A model generated the notes under the pieces. That model saw nothing but the letters and a program-made list of their open reading frames with translations. It had not been told where the DNA came from and did not search any database. Positions 1-13,745 of a DNA stretch of 64,000 nt are shown in pieces. The stretch is taken from assembly GCF_006345805.1 (NCBI RefSeq), contig NC_043004.1, positions 88,660,001-88,724,000 of the forward strand. Direction: 5' to 3'. Position 1 is the first letter of the stretch, and each line of letters begins with the position of its first letter. This stretch comes from Octopus sinensis (lineage: Eukaryota). Made by a program: the position numbers and the translations under genes.

Positions 1-86
1 TCAGAGTAATGTTAATTCATAGTATTTTCCCATTATGCTCCAGTTTGGCTGGGTAATATTGCAGGCAAGCAGGCAAGATTCAAACT

Positions 87-135
<49 letters not shown>

Positions 136-2202
136 ACGTGATCGATCAGAATATTGGATGTTGTTATACATCGCTGGTCACAATGCGCTTTGCATCGTTA
201 TAGCTAAAAACGATGCCACTCGCTGGCTATGCGATCAGGCCAACATTCCTCCTGATCAGAAGACTGGTTTATTACAGAGTGACCTATTTGCAGCTGAGTG
301 GACTGGGCCAACGGGAAATGAAGTGTTTTGTTCAAAAACACATACATACATACATACAAATATATATACACGTATGTCTTTGCGTTCGTGTTTGTCGCCT
401 CACCACGAAACAACCAGTGTTAGTTTGTTTACATCTCCGTAGCTTTGTTTCTCGGCAATAGAAAAACAAATGCAATACATGGGCTGGGGTCAGTCGATTT
501 GTTCGACTGGCCCTACAAGGCAATGCTCAAGTATATATGCAGCCCAATAACTGAAACAAATAAAAACAATAGACATACAACATTCATAAATGTTCTCAAC
601 GGTTTTTTAAAAATTATCAATGTGTAAATATAAGATTAATAAACTGGATAACTTAACAGCATTTCAAATACCCGCTGTAGACGCATTTCTTTTATGAACC
701 ACTTAAAAATAGTGTTAATATTAAATGTCCATACCAACTCCAAAATACAAGCATATTTCATGAGCTAAAATTTCATTTGTCAAAATTTTATTCCTCAAAG
801 TTCGGTAAATATACACCTTTAATAATTTAACTATATATTAATTTTTATGTTCTTTTTTTTACCATTCATAAATAAAATCGCCAATGATGATACTAAAAGT
901 AAACACACCATTTAAAAGGCATTATGCTATGGAATTGTCTGATATAAAACCTCTTCACGGACTTGTGTCAATCGAAGCGAGATGGATCGTTGCTGCAGTG
1001 AGTCAAGGGAACGACAGATGCGTTTCTCTTTGGCTGAATCTTGCGATGCTATGCACTTAATTATCATATATCTAAACGAAATGTCTTCGATATATAGGAA
1101 ACGGTGAATAAAAGCATTTACTGGTTTGGCGAAAGCTTCCCAAGCTGTAGAAACAATTGGTATACACAACTGATGCAGCGTTACATTAAAATCACCATCT
1201 ATGCATCATACTAAACGGATACACATCGTTCAAAACATGACACTGTTAAATTATTTGAGATAAACTCTCTTCAGAGACTTGTTGGGTTAAAAACAATATG
1301 TGTGTGTGTGTGTATAAAAATTATTACAATTATTAACATAATTATAATTTGGGCTTAGCAAAATTGCTTCGCCGCATACCGAAATTTAGAAATAGCAGTT
1401 AAATACTATTCTACTACCATAAGATATCTCCCAGACAGCAATTCTCTCAACTCACACTGGAGCTGATTTGTTCGACTAAAACACTTCCGGGCCGTGCCCC
1501 ATCATGGCCGCATGAAATTAATAAAAGAAAAGAAAGAAAGAGTGTGATTAGAGAAATACATGGGTCCTATTTCTTGCAAGACGAAATTCCACATAAAAGC
1601 TCACTCCTTGATTCATCTTTTTCAAGTATATTCCTTTATGTGTTAACCCCAAATCACCTCTGAAGGAAGTGATCCATAGTAAATACCATTCTATCCATAA
1701 CCAGTCCATCTTAATATTTCAGACTTCATTATACAATGAGTTGTGTTTGAAGACGGTAAAGTGTGATGTGAAGATATAGCTGTTATTTCTATCATTATTT
1801 CATGTAAGACCTCTACCGCTTTGCTTCGTTCATGCTGAATTTGTATTCTTTTACAGGTGCAATTTAAAAATTGGTGTGTCAAATTCTTCTTGGTACAATT
1901 TAATTATAAATTTAGTTAAGATTTAGTTTAAAATATCTGAAACCTATCTAAATGTTGCTCATTCATAAGCTTTAGTATTAATATTCCGATAGGGTAAGGC
2001 AGTGAGTTAGAAGGTTCGTTACTGCGCTCTGTAAAATGCTTTGCGGCGTTTCATCCACATGCACAACCTTTGCCTTTCCTCGTTTCGGGGTCGATAAAAT
2101 GAGTACGAGAGGAGCACTGGGTTCGATTTAATCGGCTTCCATCCTCACTCAAAATTGCCGGCCTTGCGTCTAAATTTGAAGCCAATATTCCGATATTGTA
2201 AG

Positions 2203-2415
2203 ACAGCGAGCAAGCAGAATCGTTAGCATGTCAGGTGAAATGCTTAGAAGAATTTCGTCCGTCTTTACGGTCTGAGTTCAAATTCCGCCGAGGTCGATTT
2301 TGCTTTGCATCCCTTCGGAATCGATAAAATAAGTACCAGTTGAGTATTTGGGTTGATGTAATCGACTTGTATCCTCCACCGAAATTGTTGGCCTCATACC
2401 AAATTTGAAACCAAT
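2203..2415 (+). mobile_element. SINE family A, single-unit older copy (another decayed copy at ~1995-2190)
   Basis: gcagaatcgttagcatgtcaggtgaaatgc..gagttcaaattccgccgaggtcga..aagtaccagttg. Confidence 0.7.
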
Positions 2416-3049
2416 GTTCCAGATATGGCGGATCTTCGCCGCTGAACGATGAGGATTCAGCTGTTCGATCAACCAAATGATTTTTTGAATAATCGCATAA
2501 AAGGGCTGCGCATCCCAAAGAAACATCGTGTCCCCTTAACGTAATTCTCTGGCAGAATATGTGTGATACAATACGTACTATGCTTTTGTCGATCCTACAG
2601 CTATGAAAAGGCTGTAGGATCATGAAGCTATGAAAAATTAAATTAGCCCAAGAGCCCACACAGTATGATCGAACTCGCAACCATGTGGTTGTAAAGAGTA
2701 CTTCAAAACCATTCTATCGTATTGCTACTACATAAAGAAATATGTGTATTCTTTAGAATTTGAATTTCGTTTTCCATCAGTATAAAGTCGGCCACACTTT
2801 TGTAAGCAACGCAAATACACTGTGACTTAGGATCAGCGTAAGTGAAATGAACAGGCTCAACTGGAAATAGAAATTTGCTTCATAAATTTAAAATTACTGA
2901 GGGTTTACATCGTGCTCTACTGCATCTACCACGTACAGAATAAAGATCAGTTGCGGAACTGCTGAATATGCATTGAAACTGGGAATATATACTGGATATG
3001 TGCGTATATATAAGTGGGTGTGTGCATCGGTATGCGCGCCTACCTGTAT

Positions 3050-3129
3050 ACATCTATGTATTATAGATCTAATATGTATATATGTATATATATTATACAA
3101 TATATGTATATATAATATACAATATATGT

Positions 3130-3192
<63 letters not shown>

Positions 3193-3545
3193 TGCAATAT
3201 ATGTATATTATACAATATATGTATATGTATATTATACAATATATGTATATATGTATATGTATATTATACAATATATGTATATATGTATATGTATATTATA
3301 CAATATATGTATATATATATATATATATTATACAATATATGTGTATATATATATTATACAATATATGTATGTATATATATATATTATACAATATATGTAT
3401 ATATATTATACTATATACGTATATATATTATACAATATATGTATATATATTATACAATATATGTATATATATTATACAATGTATGTATATATATTATACA
3501 ATATATGTATATATATTATACAATATAAGTATATATATATATTAT

Positions 3546-3582
<37 letters not shown>

Positions 3583-3663
3583 CAATGTATATATAATATA
3601 CAATATATATTTATATATATTATATGTGTGTGTGTGTGTAAGCATTATATATTATACTTTAAT

Positions 3664-3694
<31 letters not shown>

Positions 3695-3710
3695 TATATA
3701 TATATTTATT
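3050..3710. repeat. AT-rich minisatellite (tattatacaatatatg[ta]n units) with (TA)n tracts
   Basis: The unit tattatacaatatatg recurs many times, about every 22-30 bp. Confidence 0.9.
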
Positions 3711-3999
3711 TATTACATAAGATATTATTTATGTTACACACACACACACACACACACACATGCATAATGTTTTTCAAAATAGGATCTTTTAGTTTCGTAC
3801 TACATATCTAAAGAGTTCCTTGAAGCTGTTATTTCTTTTAGGCAATTTTCATTCTACCTTTAGCTATGGAATTTGTTGAAGATCCCTTTCAGTGTGCATC
3901 TTAACCAGCCATCCAGCTTCTTTACCTCCCTCCTTAGCCGCCCCCCCCCCTCTCTCCCTCTCTCTATCTATCTCATATATACTTCCTGTAAGTATACAA

Positions 4000-4036
<37 letters not shown>

Positions 4037-4858
4037 GAGCGAGAAAGATAGCGAAAGAGATAAACACAAACGTGTACACACACGCATATATATGTAACTT
4101 TCTCAAGAATATGAACATCATTTTTCAATATTCGTAATGTCGATGCTTTCGTCTTCAAAGCCTAACTAATAATTTGTTTGAGAAATTTACAAGTATGCTA
4201 TAAAAACATATTCCCAATTCAGTTATTCAATATTATATTTTCCCCAAGAAACAAATCAAATTTATACATTCACACAAGATCATTTTTCTTTTTATATTTT
4301 TAATATAATTTTTATAATATGATTATTATCAATCAATATTCTGTTCCATTTATATATTCCAAAATATACAACTTTTGTTCGGATTTCATTTGTTTTATTT
4401 ATTTATTCATTTCTCTATTTCGTGGATTTTCTTTTTTACATTTTTTTCATTTCATGTGTAATAAAAATGATATCCGGCCATAAATTGCATTCTGTAATAA
4501 ATTTATTGCCGAACTTAATGTTTCTAAGTGAAGAAGATACTCAGAGTTTCCGAGCGATTTTTAAGCTATTTGCTATTTAAGTAGTGAGAGATTCCGAGTG
4601 ATTGTTATCAAAAGGGAAAAAACAACCATTAGATTAGTAATCAAGAAACTTTTAATACATCTAAGTTTTAATAACCCATACACTAAAATCACCGAGCTGG
4701 CAGAATCGTTAGCACGACGTGCAAAAATATTTAATGGCATTTTGTCCATCGTTACGCTCGCAGTTCAAATTTGCCCCCCGTCGGCTAATCCTTTTTCTTT
4801 TTTTTTTTTAATCTTCCTCCGAAGTTTCTGGTTTTGTGCCGAAATTTGGCACCAATAA

Positions 4859-6719
4859 CACTGGGCAACAAAATAAATTTTTTGGTTGCAAAGTGGGGGA
4901 CCAAGATAAACTGTGGCCGCCTCATGTTTGTTGCAAAAACTGCTACATAGCACTAACCCAATGGCTGAATGTTAAACGTAAAAGTGTGCCATTTACAGTA
5001 TCAACGATATGGCGCGAACCAACAAACCACTATACTGATTGTTACTTCTGCTTAACATCACAGGTTTCTCTATGAAGAAAATATCCAAGATTGTTTATCC
5101 AGATAGCCCTTCAGCTTTAAAACCAGTTGCTCATGCTGCTGAAAATATTCCAATTCCAGAACCGCCTTCATCTTTTGACAAAGATAGTTTAAGTAAAGAA
5201 AGTATTGCATCTATTTCAGATGAAGGCGTACCGAGTAATACAGCAGATCACTGTGGCGAACCAGGATCTTCAAAAATGTTACTCATTTATTTAGTCAACT
5301 TGAGTTAAATGATTTAGTTAGAGACTTGGGATTAACAAAAGAAAAGTCAGGACTACAGGGCCCCAGGTTGAAAACAATGGAATCTTTTACACGATAGTGT
5401 AAAATGCTCGTATTTTCGAAAATGACATACAAAATTGCATGAATGCTTTACGGCGAAAGACGGTATTTGCTTTTGTTGTTGTGTTTAAGGACTCCTACGT
5501 GTGATTGGATACGACCATAATTCTGAAAAATGGAGACTCTTCATAGATTCCAGTAAAGCAAGCCTAAAAGCTGTTTTGCTGCCTAATGGCAATAAAAAAC
5601 CTTCAAAACCACTAGCATATGCTGTAGGATTAAAGGAAACTTATGAATCAATTGATAAAATTTTGCACTCGATTAAATATTCTGAGCACAAGTGAATATA
5701 TGCGGGGACTTAAAAGTTATTGGTTGGCTTCTTGGGTTGCAAATGGGGTATACAAAGCATCAGTGCTTTTTGTGCCTTTGGAACAGCAGAGATGACAAGC
5801 ATCACTACGGTCAAAAAGAGTGGCCAAAGAGAAGTGGTTTCACTCCAGGGAGATACAACGTTAAATATATCCCTCTAGTTGACCTTCAGAAAATTTACCT
5901 TCCTCCCTAACACATTAAATTTGGCTTGTTTAAGAATTTTGTTAAGGCCATCAATGAAGACGGTTAAAGATTCAAATATCTCAGTGAAAAATTTGTTTCT
6001 AGCAAGAGTGAAGCTAAGATCAAAGCTGGTGTTTTTAATGGACCGGAAATTTGCACACTAATTTGTGATGAGTTGTTTCAAGAAAAATTAAACCCAGTAG
6101 AGAAAGCTTCTTGGGAAAAGTTTGTTTCTCTTGCAAAAACTTTTTGGGAAAATGAAAAATCATCTACGTTGCAATTGTGAGTGACCTTTTGAAAGCTTAT
6201 AAGCAACTTGGGGCAAGAATGCCTCTAAAAATTCATTTTCTTCACTCTCATCTTGACTTTTTTCTACCAAATATGGGTGATGTAAGCGATGAGCATGGTG
6301 AGCGATTTCATCAAGAAATCAAAGAGCTACAAAGCCGTTACAGTGGCAGACTTACACCAAACATGCTGACGGATTACTGCTAGTTTTTAAAACGAGAAAC
6401 GGACATGCAACATAAACGTAGAAGACGCCAAAGCTATTTTTGAGAAACATAGAATTAATAATATTTACTTTACACTTTTGTTTTGTGTTTTATTGGTTTT
6501 AGAGCTACTTGTCCACCTAGTTGCTATTGTTGTTACACCAAATAACGGTAATTTTATTTGTCGTGAATTTTCACATTATTGTAATTTTGATAGCAGTGTA
6601 ATAATGATAGCACAAAAACGTGACGTGCTAGAGCAAAATTGCAGATTCGGAATTAGCGCTTCCAAATTACCTCTGAACACCATTTCGTCTAATAGTAGCA
6701 AAACTTTTGTTGCCTAGTG
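4859..6719 (+). mobile_element. Chapaev3-type (CMC superfamily) DNA transposon, decayed and 5'-internally deleted
   Basis: TIRs CACTGGGCAACAAAA (4859-4873) and TTTTGTTGCCTAGTG (6705-6719) match at 14/15. TAA target duplication at 4856-4858 and 6720-6722. Broken transposase: FGCKVGDQDKLWPPHVCCKNC..IWREPTNHYTDCYFC, WRLFIDSSKASLKAVLL, ICGDLKV..GYTKHQCFLCLW, KIHFLHSHLDFF..VSDEHGERFHQEI..MLTDYC. CAC...GTG termini with a 3-bp TWA TSD are typical of Chapaev3. Confidence 0.85.
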
Positions 6720-6761
6720 TAATCAATCCTTTTATGTCATTTTATCTCATCTTCTATATGT

Positions 6762-7069
6762 GAAGGCACGTGGCTTAGTGGTTAGGGCATTCGGCTCACG
6801 ATGGTAAGGTCGTGAGCTCAATTCCCGGCGACGCGTTGTGTCCTTGAGCAAGACACTTTATTTCACGTTGCTCAGTCCACTCAGCTGGCAAAAGTGGGTT
6901 GTACCTGTATTTCAAAGGACCGACTTTGTCACGCTGAATCTCCCTGAGAACTACGTTAAGGGTACATGTGTCTGTGGATTGCTCAGTCACTTGCACGTTA
7001 ATTTCACGAGCAAGCTGTTCCGTTGATCGTATCAGCTGGGACCCTCGTCGTCGTAACCGATGGAGTGCT
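6762..7069 (+). mobile_element. tRNA-derived SINE family C
   Basis: A-box-like tggcttagtggtt, B-box-like gagctcaattcc, then gtgtccttgagcaagacact..cactcagctggc..gtcgtaaccgatggagtg. Reverse-complement copies lie at ~10340-10645 and ~48509-48830. Confidence 0.8.
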
Positions 7070-7289
7070 CCTATACTTGTTTTAGTCATTGGACTCCGAC
7101 CATGCTAGTCAAAGAAATCGACCGACGCGAGTACTTATTTTTTTTAATTTGGCACTTTTCTATCGGTTTCAACCGCTATGTTATGGAGATAAAAAAAAGA
7201 CACCGGTTGTCAAGTGATAGTGGGGGACAAAAAAAGACACACATATATACGAAGAAGTGCTAAAAACCTCCTGGCTTTAAGGTCCAACC

Positions 7290-7445
7290 CTCCGAATTCT
7301 TTTACAGGCTTAGAAAACTGAAGAACCGCTGCAATGAGTGTGTGAATCTGAGAGGGGAATACGTTGAGTAAAATCATAATTAACTGATCCCACTGTATTT
7401 TCTTTTAGCCAAAGCCAGGAACTTCTCATCCTACCCTCCTCGTGT
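7290..7445 (+). mobile_element. mariner transposon 3' end fragment
   Basis: FFYRLRKLKNRCNECVNLRGEYVE* followed by a TIR-like gccaggaacttctcatcctaccctc. Confidence 0.6.
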
Positions 7446-8639
7446 ATTTATACATATACAGCGGCCTTCAACACAGTTTCCGTCGAATTCACTTAAACTG
7501 GGACTGTAGTTAATGACACGTGCCCAAAGTACTGCGCTGTCAGACTGTACCCAAAATCACGTGGTTGCAATGCACAATTTTAAAAGGATTCGAACTCAGA
7601 TCTCAGAGAGTCGAAACAAATGTCGCGAAGCATTCTGTTTGAAGCTCTACTGACTCTGTAAGTTAACCACATGTATCGGAATAAAAACTGTGAGCTTACA
7701 ATAACATTTGAAATTAAGCTGATTACTACAACATTTTTGTGTGCCTGTTTAATCAATACTGATCCAGATTTTCCAGAATAGAGTGGTTTTATAACGAAAC
7801 TAAATCCTTGATTGCCTGTTCTTGGCTTGGTATAGTTATTTTGTTTAAATATTTACGATTAAGATTATCTGAAGCAAGCATTTAAGGTAATTGCGATTTG
7901 ATTGAAGAAGAAAAATGAGAGAAGTTCCTACATTAGTAATTTGCATGAGTCACGTAACCTTCATTAATTTTTATTCTTTTCCTAATGGAATTGTAATAGA
8001 AAAATCATGAAGAATAAGCAATGTTCAAGAAGAAACCTGAATCTAGACAAATTCCCTGGCAGTGATTTGATGGATGTGGAAGTTAAGTTTATCGTTATAT
8101 AGGTTACAGAAGATAGCTAACAATTGTTTCTAACAAACAGAATGCCTGAACTTTGGGAAGTGAACTGATTACATGCCGCCTCAACACACGCCCACACACA
8201 CATAACTTTATCGAAACTCAAAAAATGAAAGGCAAAGTTGACCTCATAACAAATGTAGCCAGAAGAAATAATGACTTTAGGTTTTGCCACAAGGGTAGCA
8301 ATTTTTAGGGATCGAGTGTAAGTCGATTACAACGACCATAGTATTTGACCGGCACTGTGTTTTATCGATTTCGAAATGATAAAACACAAAGTTGATCTCG
8401 GTGGGATTCGAATCAGAACGTAAAAAAACTAGAAGAAATGCCTCTGAACATTTTGTCCGACGCACTAATTATTTTGCCAACTCGCTGTCTTGAACATTTT
8501 GACCGACGCACTGGGATCGATATAATCGACTTAATCCTCCTTGTCCAAAAGAAATATCATAGACATTGTGTAAGAATATTGTCTCATAGCCCCATAGATG
8601 TTGGCAGCCATTCATGGCGTTGTCAATAAATGATATTTC

Positions 8640-9230
8640 AAAGGCGGCGAGCTGGCAGAAATGTTAGCACGCCGGGCGAAATGCTTAGCAGTATTTCGTC
8701 TGCCGTTACGTTCAGAGTTCAAATTCCGCCGAGGGCGACTTTGCCTTTCATCCTTTCAGGGTCGATTAAATAAATACCAGTTACGCACTGGGATCGATAT
8801 AATCGACTTAATCCGTTTGTCTGTCCTTGTTTGTCTTCCCTGTGTTTAAACTCTTGTGGGTAGTAAAGGAATAGGTATTTCGTTTGCCGTTACGTAATGA
8901 GTTCAAATTCCGCCGAGGTCGACATTGCCTTTCATTCTTTCGGGGTCGATAAATTAAGTACCAGTTACACACTGGGGTTGATCTAATCGACTTAATCCGT
9001 TTGTCTGTCCTTGTTTGTCCTCTCTGTGTTTAGCCCCTTGTGGGTAGTAAAGAAATAGAAATAGGTATTTCGTTTGCCACTACGTTCTGAGTTCAAATTC
9101 CGCCGAGGTCGACATTGCCTTTCATCCTTTCGGGGTCGATAAATTAAGTACCAGTTACGCACTGGGGTCGACCTAATCGACTGGCCCCCTACCCAACATG
9201 TCGGCCTTATGCCTAGAGTAGAAAAGTATA
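8640..9230 (+). mobile_element. tRNA-derived SINE family A, three internal units
   Basis: Head aaggcggcgagctggcagaaatgttagcacgccgggcg. Units begin at about 8690, 8875 and 9063, and the tail is ctaatcgactggcccc..cctagagtagaaaag. Confidence 0.85.
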
Positions 9231-10339
9231 TGTAATATTTCAGGTGAGAACAGTGTAGTTTCTCTCGTTACCTTAAAACTACAGAAGTTCATGTTTTATA
9301 CAATGGTCTCAAATTTTGGCACAAGGCCTGAAATTTTAAGGGAGGGGGTAAGTCGATTACATCGACCCTAGTGCTCAACTTGTACTTATTTTATCGACCA
9401 TGAAAGAGTAAAAGACAAAGTCGACCCCAGCAGAATTTGAACTGCGAGCGTAAAGTGTCGCAAAAAATGTCGCAAAGTATTTTTCCGACGATCTAACAGT
9501 TCTCTTTGCTGAAAATTCTAAATAGTATCATTTAAAGCCTTAGGAAACGCAATGCACACCTTGAAAACAACATAACATTTTTATTTGTACACAAAAAAGA
9601 TTAATAAAGCAAGACAGGCTGTAGTTTTCAATATATTTTCCAAGTTACTTTTTAAAACTTCCTATGCGAAGTGCACAAGTACTGTTTCGTTTGATCTCCA
9701 CTACTACCACAAAAGAGGACGAGAAAAATTGAGAGCCGCTGCTTAGTTTTGACATAGCAATCAGAACCGCTTAACAGTAAGTTCTCGATGAACCAATATT
9801 GATATGCGTCGACCGTCAAATGTAGTCATTATATTTCTCTTGTATTGCCAAGGCTTCAACATAATATGATTCCATTCCACTCTCCTACAAATCTAAGCAA
9901 CATTGCAGGTGCGAGGAATAGGAACTATTACACAAAGCAATGCTGTATTGAGGAATGGAAACGCATTGCATAATTCATAAGAGATGAATTATTCATAAGT
10001 CTAATTAATGGTTACTACTCTGGGAATTTCATTTCGAATCTCTGTTAAAATTGATTTCACTGATGTCGCTAATTCTTTTTATCAAATCACGAGTGCTAAA
10101 ACCTCTTTGCGTGGTTTTGATCCATGTAAATTATTATTTGATTGATAAATGTACAGAAAGACATCTGAATCCACTAAGGCGGGATAAGAATCATGGTTTC
10201 AGTCACCGATTGAAATTATTTTGTTTTACATTGTTTAGAAATCTTGGGGAGATATAAAGAGCCTTCTACCTATTCAAACAGAAATAATTATTAGAGAGGT
10301 CGGTGGAGAGCTATATTTTGGCACTCTGCTGGTTACGTC

Positions 10340-10645
10340 GACGAGAGTTTCATTTAATCCGATCAACAGAACAGCCAGCTCGTGAAATTAACGTGCAAGT
10401 GGCTGAGCACACCACAGACACGCATACCCTTAAGATAGTTCTCAGAGAGATATAGCATGAAGCAGAGTATGACAAGGCTGGTCCATTTGAACTAAATATA
10501 CAACTCATCTTTACCATCAGAGTGAACTGGAGCAACGTGAAATAAAGAGTGTTGTTCAAGGATACAATGCGCCGCCATGAATGGAACTCACGACCTTACG
10601 GCCGTGAGCCGAATACCTAAACCACTAAGCCACGCTCCTTCACTC
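10340..10645 (-). mobile_element. SINE family C
   Basis: Reverse complement of 6762-7069. Confidence 0.75.
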
Positions 10646-12942
10646 GATGGAGAGTAAGAACAAAAAATGCCGAGCGTTATGTAACGCCTTGCGATATTCT
10701 ATTACGATTTTTTTACGTTCTGACTTCAAAATCCACGGAAATCAAACGTGCCTTTTCTGGTATCTTTTGCGAGCTAAAACTACAAAAAGAATTCAGGGAA
10801 ATTGTTTCAGATAGAATTCTTCTTCAGTGTAAAGATAACAGAAAGGAAAGAAAGACAGTAGAGATTTACCTCCTCCATATTTGATAAACTGATTACAACT
10901 AAGTTACTAAAACTCTGAGAGTATAACGCTCGGCTGACTTTCTTTTATTTCCTTCTTGTATCTTTATTCTCTCCTGAATATTTGACACGGCTCCCCCACG
11001 GTAATTTCACTGTTTTCTTATTTATCTTTTATATTTTATTTGTTTCAATCATTAGAGTGAGACCAAGCTGGGGCACCACCTTAAATAATTTTTAGTCGAA
11101 CAAATCGATCCAGTACTTATTTTAAAAAAAGAACGTCACTATCAGTTACTGTTGCCAAACCGCTAAGTTATAGGGACATAATCACATCAGCACCGGTTGT
11201 CAAGTGATGGTGACATAAGGACATACACTCACACACAATATGAATGTGTGTGTATGTGCGTCAGTGTGTTCTTTCAGTTTCCGTCTACCAAATCCATTCA
11301 CATTCATTGGTCAACTCGAAGCCATGGTAGTAGACACTTGCCCAAGGTGCCTCGCAGTAGGACTGAATCGGGAACTAAGTGTTTGGGAAGCAACCGTTTT
11401 GCCACACAACCACGCCTGAGTCACTTTTTTTTCTCTCAAATCATCCTTTATAGTTCTCTTGTTCATTTTTTTTTTTTTTTGAGTTGTTTAGTTTTGAGAA
11501 CAACGTATCACATGAATACATTGATCAGGAAATTAGTAGGAGCGCTATCGCAAGAATTTTAAGCACGCCAAAACTTTCGAAAATACAATTCCACATTCTC
11601 AGAAGTTCATTTGACTGTTTATTCCCAATTACTTGTATACATGTGCGTTCGGTAACTCCAAAATGAATCCATTCGGCTTCGGACAATCACGCTCCATGCT
11701 TTTCATACAAGGAAAGTCACTTAAACACTGTACAAACCATCCAAGTTCCTGCCTCAGTCATCGTACATTGTTGTACATTAGCAAACCATTATAAGCTGAT
11801 TCACCTATGTTTAAATACAAATTAAATTCTCGCTCATGGTAGAAATCAAATTAAATTCGTCACAAATCTTTTCCGAATACCGAAATCGTTTAAACCTACC
11901 TTTGTCCACAATGTTTCCTAATGTACAATGCAACAGAAAGAAGCAAGAGGATGACTGACTTTTTCCGTAAATTGCTTTACAAATGAACATTTTTCGCCCT
12001 ACTGTATGAAGGATATCATTTGTAGTAATCGAAGTTATTTTTGACAAAGCTGTGTTTTTCTCAAAACTGTTTTGAGTCGTGTATGTCTTTTCCTGGCATG
12101 CTTTGAGGCGAATCCTTTAACTAAATCAACTCGCTATGATTAGAATTGCCCGGAAAATATTGTGTAATAAAAACTTGCCGAGCCGTTGACGTAATATCAC
12201 TAATCTGATCAAGACAAATGGAAGAAGTTACAGATATTTTAATGCCTTTTCGAATTTGATAATCTATCTTTACATTCGGTTTTCATAACTGTCACCAGAA
12301 GTATTTCTGCTTATTACTGACTTGTTCACACGCTTTATAACTACGTGTTGATTGTGGAAGTGATATAATAAAAATTCTTTCCAATTTTGGCACCACAGGG
12401 CCAGCAAATTTGATGGGAGGGGTAATTAGATTACATCCACCCCAGTACTCTGTTGTTACTTATTTTGTCGACCCGGAAAGAATGAAAGGGAAAGTCGACT
12501 TCGGTGGAATTTAAACTCAGAACGTAAACATTATTATATGTATGGGGTCACATGGTTTAGTGGTTAGAGTGTTGGACTCATGATCGTAGAATTGTGAACC
12601 GAGTGATGTGTTGACTTCTTTAGTAAAAAACTTCATTTTACGATGTTGCAGTCCACTCAGCTGGTAAAAAGTCATCTTGCGATGGACTGGCGTCCCATCC
12701 AGGGTGGAATGTAAATGCCAGAGAAACTAAGAAATCGGATTTATACTCCTCCTTTCGGAGTAATATACACTATCCCAGTATATATGTATGCATCTGTGTG
12801 TATGTATGGTTGTGTGTGTATTTTATCCCAAGATTTGTTTGTTGTTGAGTTCGAGAAAACAATTACATTAAGAAACGAACAGAGCCTGCACATATTTTAA
12901 CGTTGCGTAGGTAGCTCTTCAATATATATGTACGTGTATGTG

Positions 12943-13200
12943 TACAGTGATGGCCAAAAGTTTGGAACATCTCTTTTGGAAATTAAAATTGTTATGTCCG
13001 TGTACAATTCCATTCAAATGTATACAACGTAGAGATATACTTATCTAATAACTGACCCAATGGTTCAATTAGACGATACTGAATCATTGGGTCAACTATT
13101 AGGTAAGTATATCTCTACGTTCTATATATTTGAAGCGAATTCTAATTGGGCATAAAAATAAAAGAATTTTTGCCAATGTTCCAAATATTTGGTTACGGTA
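12943..13200. mobile_element. Tc1-like fold-back MITE (~255 bp)
   Basis: TA-CAGTGATGGCCAAAAGTTTGGAACAT at the left and ATGTTCCAAATATTTGGTTACGG-TA at the right. A ~42-bp inner inverted repeat lies at 13026-13067 / 13080-13121. Confidence 0.75.
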
Positions 13201-13479
13201 TGCAGGCGTGTGTGTAAGTTTGTTTATATGCCAGTAACTTTGCAGTTTGTCATCTAAAGAGACTGAAAGAATAAGTCCCAGTCTTTTTTAAAAAGAAGTA
13301 GTGGTTTCGATCTCTTCGACTAAGATCCATCAAGTTGGTACCCTAGTATGGCCGCAATCCAATGACTGTGACATGCAACAGGTAAATTATAAAAGATAAG
13401 AGATAAGATATCATTACTTACGGTTTAAATACCATTTTCACATTTCAAGGTTTAGTTTATCAGTAGGCTTTATCTAACT

Positions 13480-13745
13480 TATTTGAGACTCTTTAAACCA
13501 TTTATGGGTGGGGGGCTTTATAAATGGCACTCCGAAAGAAAGATGATCAAAACAAAACTGGATCTCCTCCTGTCACGAGTTCCGGATGAACCCACCACGC
13601 GGCAGGAAATGCAAATGAGAGCAGCAATATCAAACTCCCTCATTCACCAAAAGTCACATATCAGAGGAGGTTTCAAGTAATGGATTTGTGGTGAAACTAA
13701 CGACGATGCCCCAGCATGGCCACAGCTCTCGAGCTGAAACTAGTA
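13480..13745 (+). mobile_element. CR1/L2-group LINE 3' end
   Basis: KTKLDLLLSRVPDEPTTRQEMQMRAAISNSLIHQ, followed by the tail gccccagcatggccacagctctcgagctgaaac. Confidence 0.7.

Noticed and set aside
2894-3688. Long Y/I/M/C-rich ORFs (and similar ones at 23596, 30760, 31333, 40260, 42952, 45879 and 58114)
   Set aside because: These are translations of (TA)n, (CA)n and (GATA)n repeats, which lack stop codons in several frames. There is no protein signal.
4490-4510. Recurring aattgcatt..gtaataaa motif (also ~59840; partial at ~12165)
   Set aside because: Short AT-rich matches are expected by chance in this composition. A regulatory role cannot be supported without conservation data.
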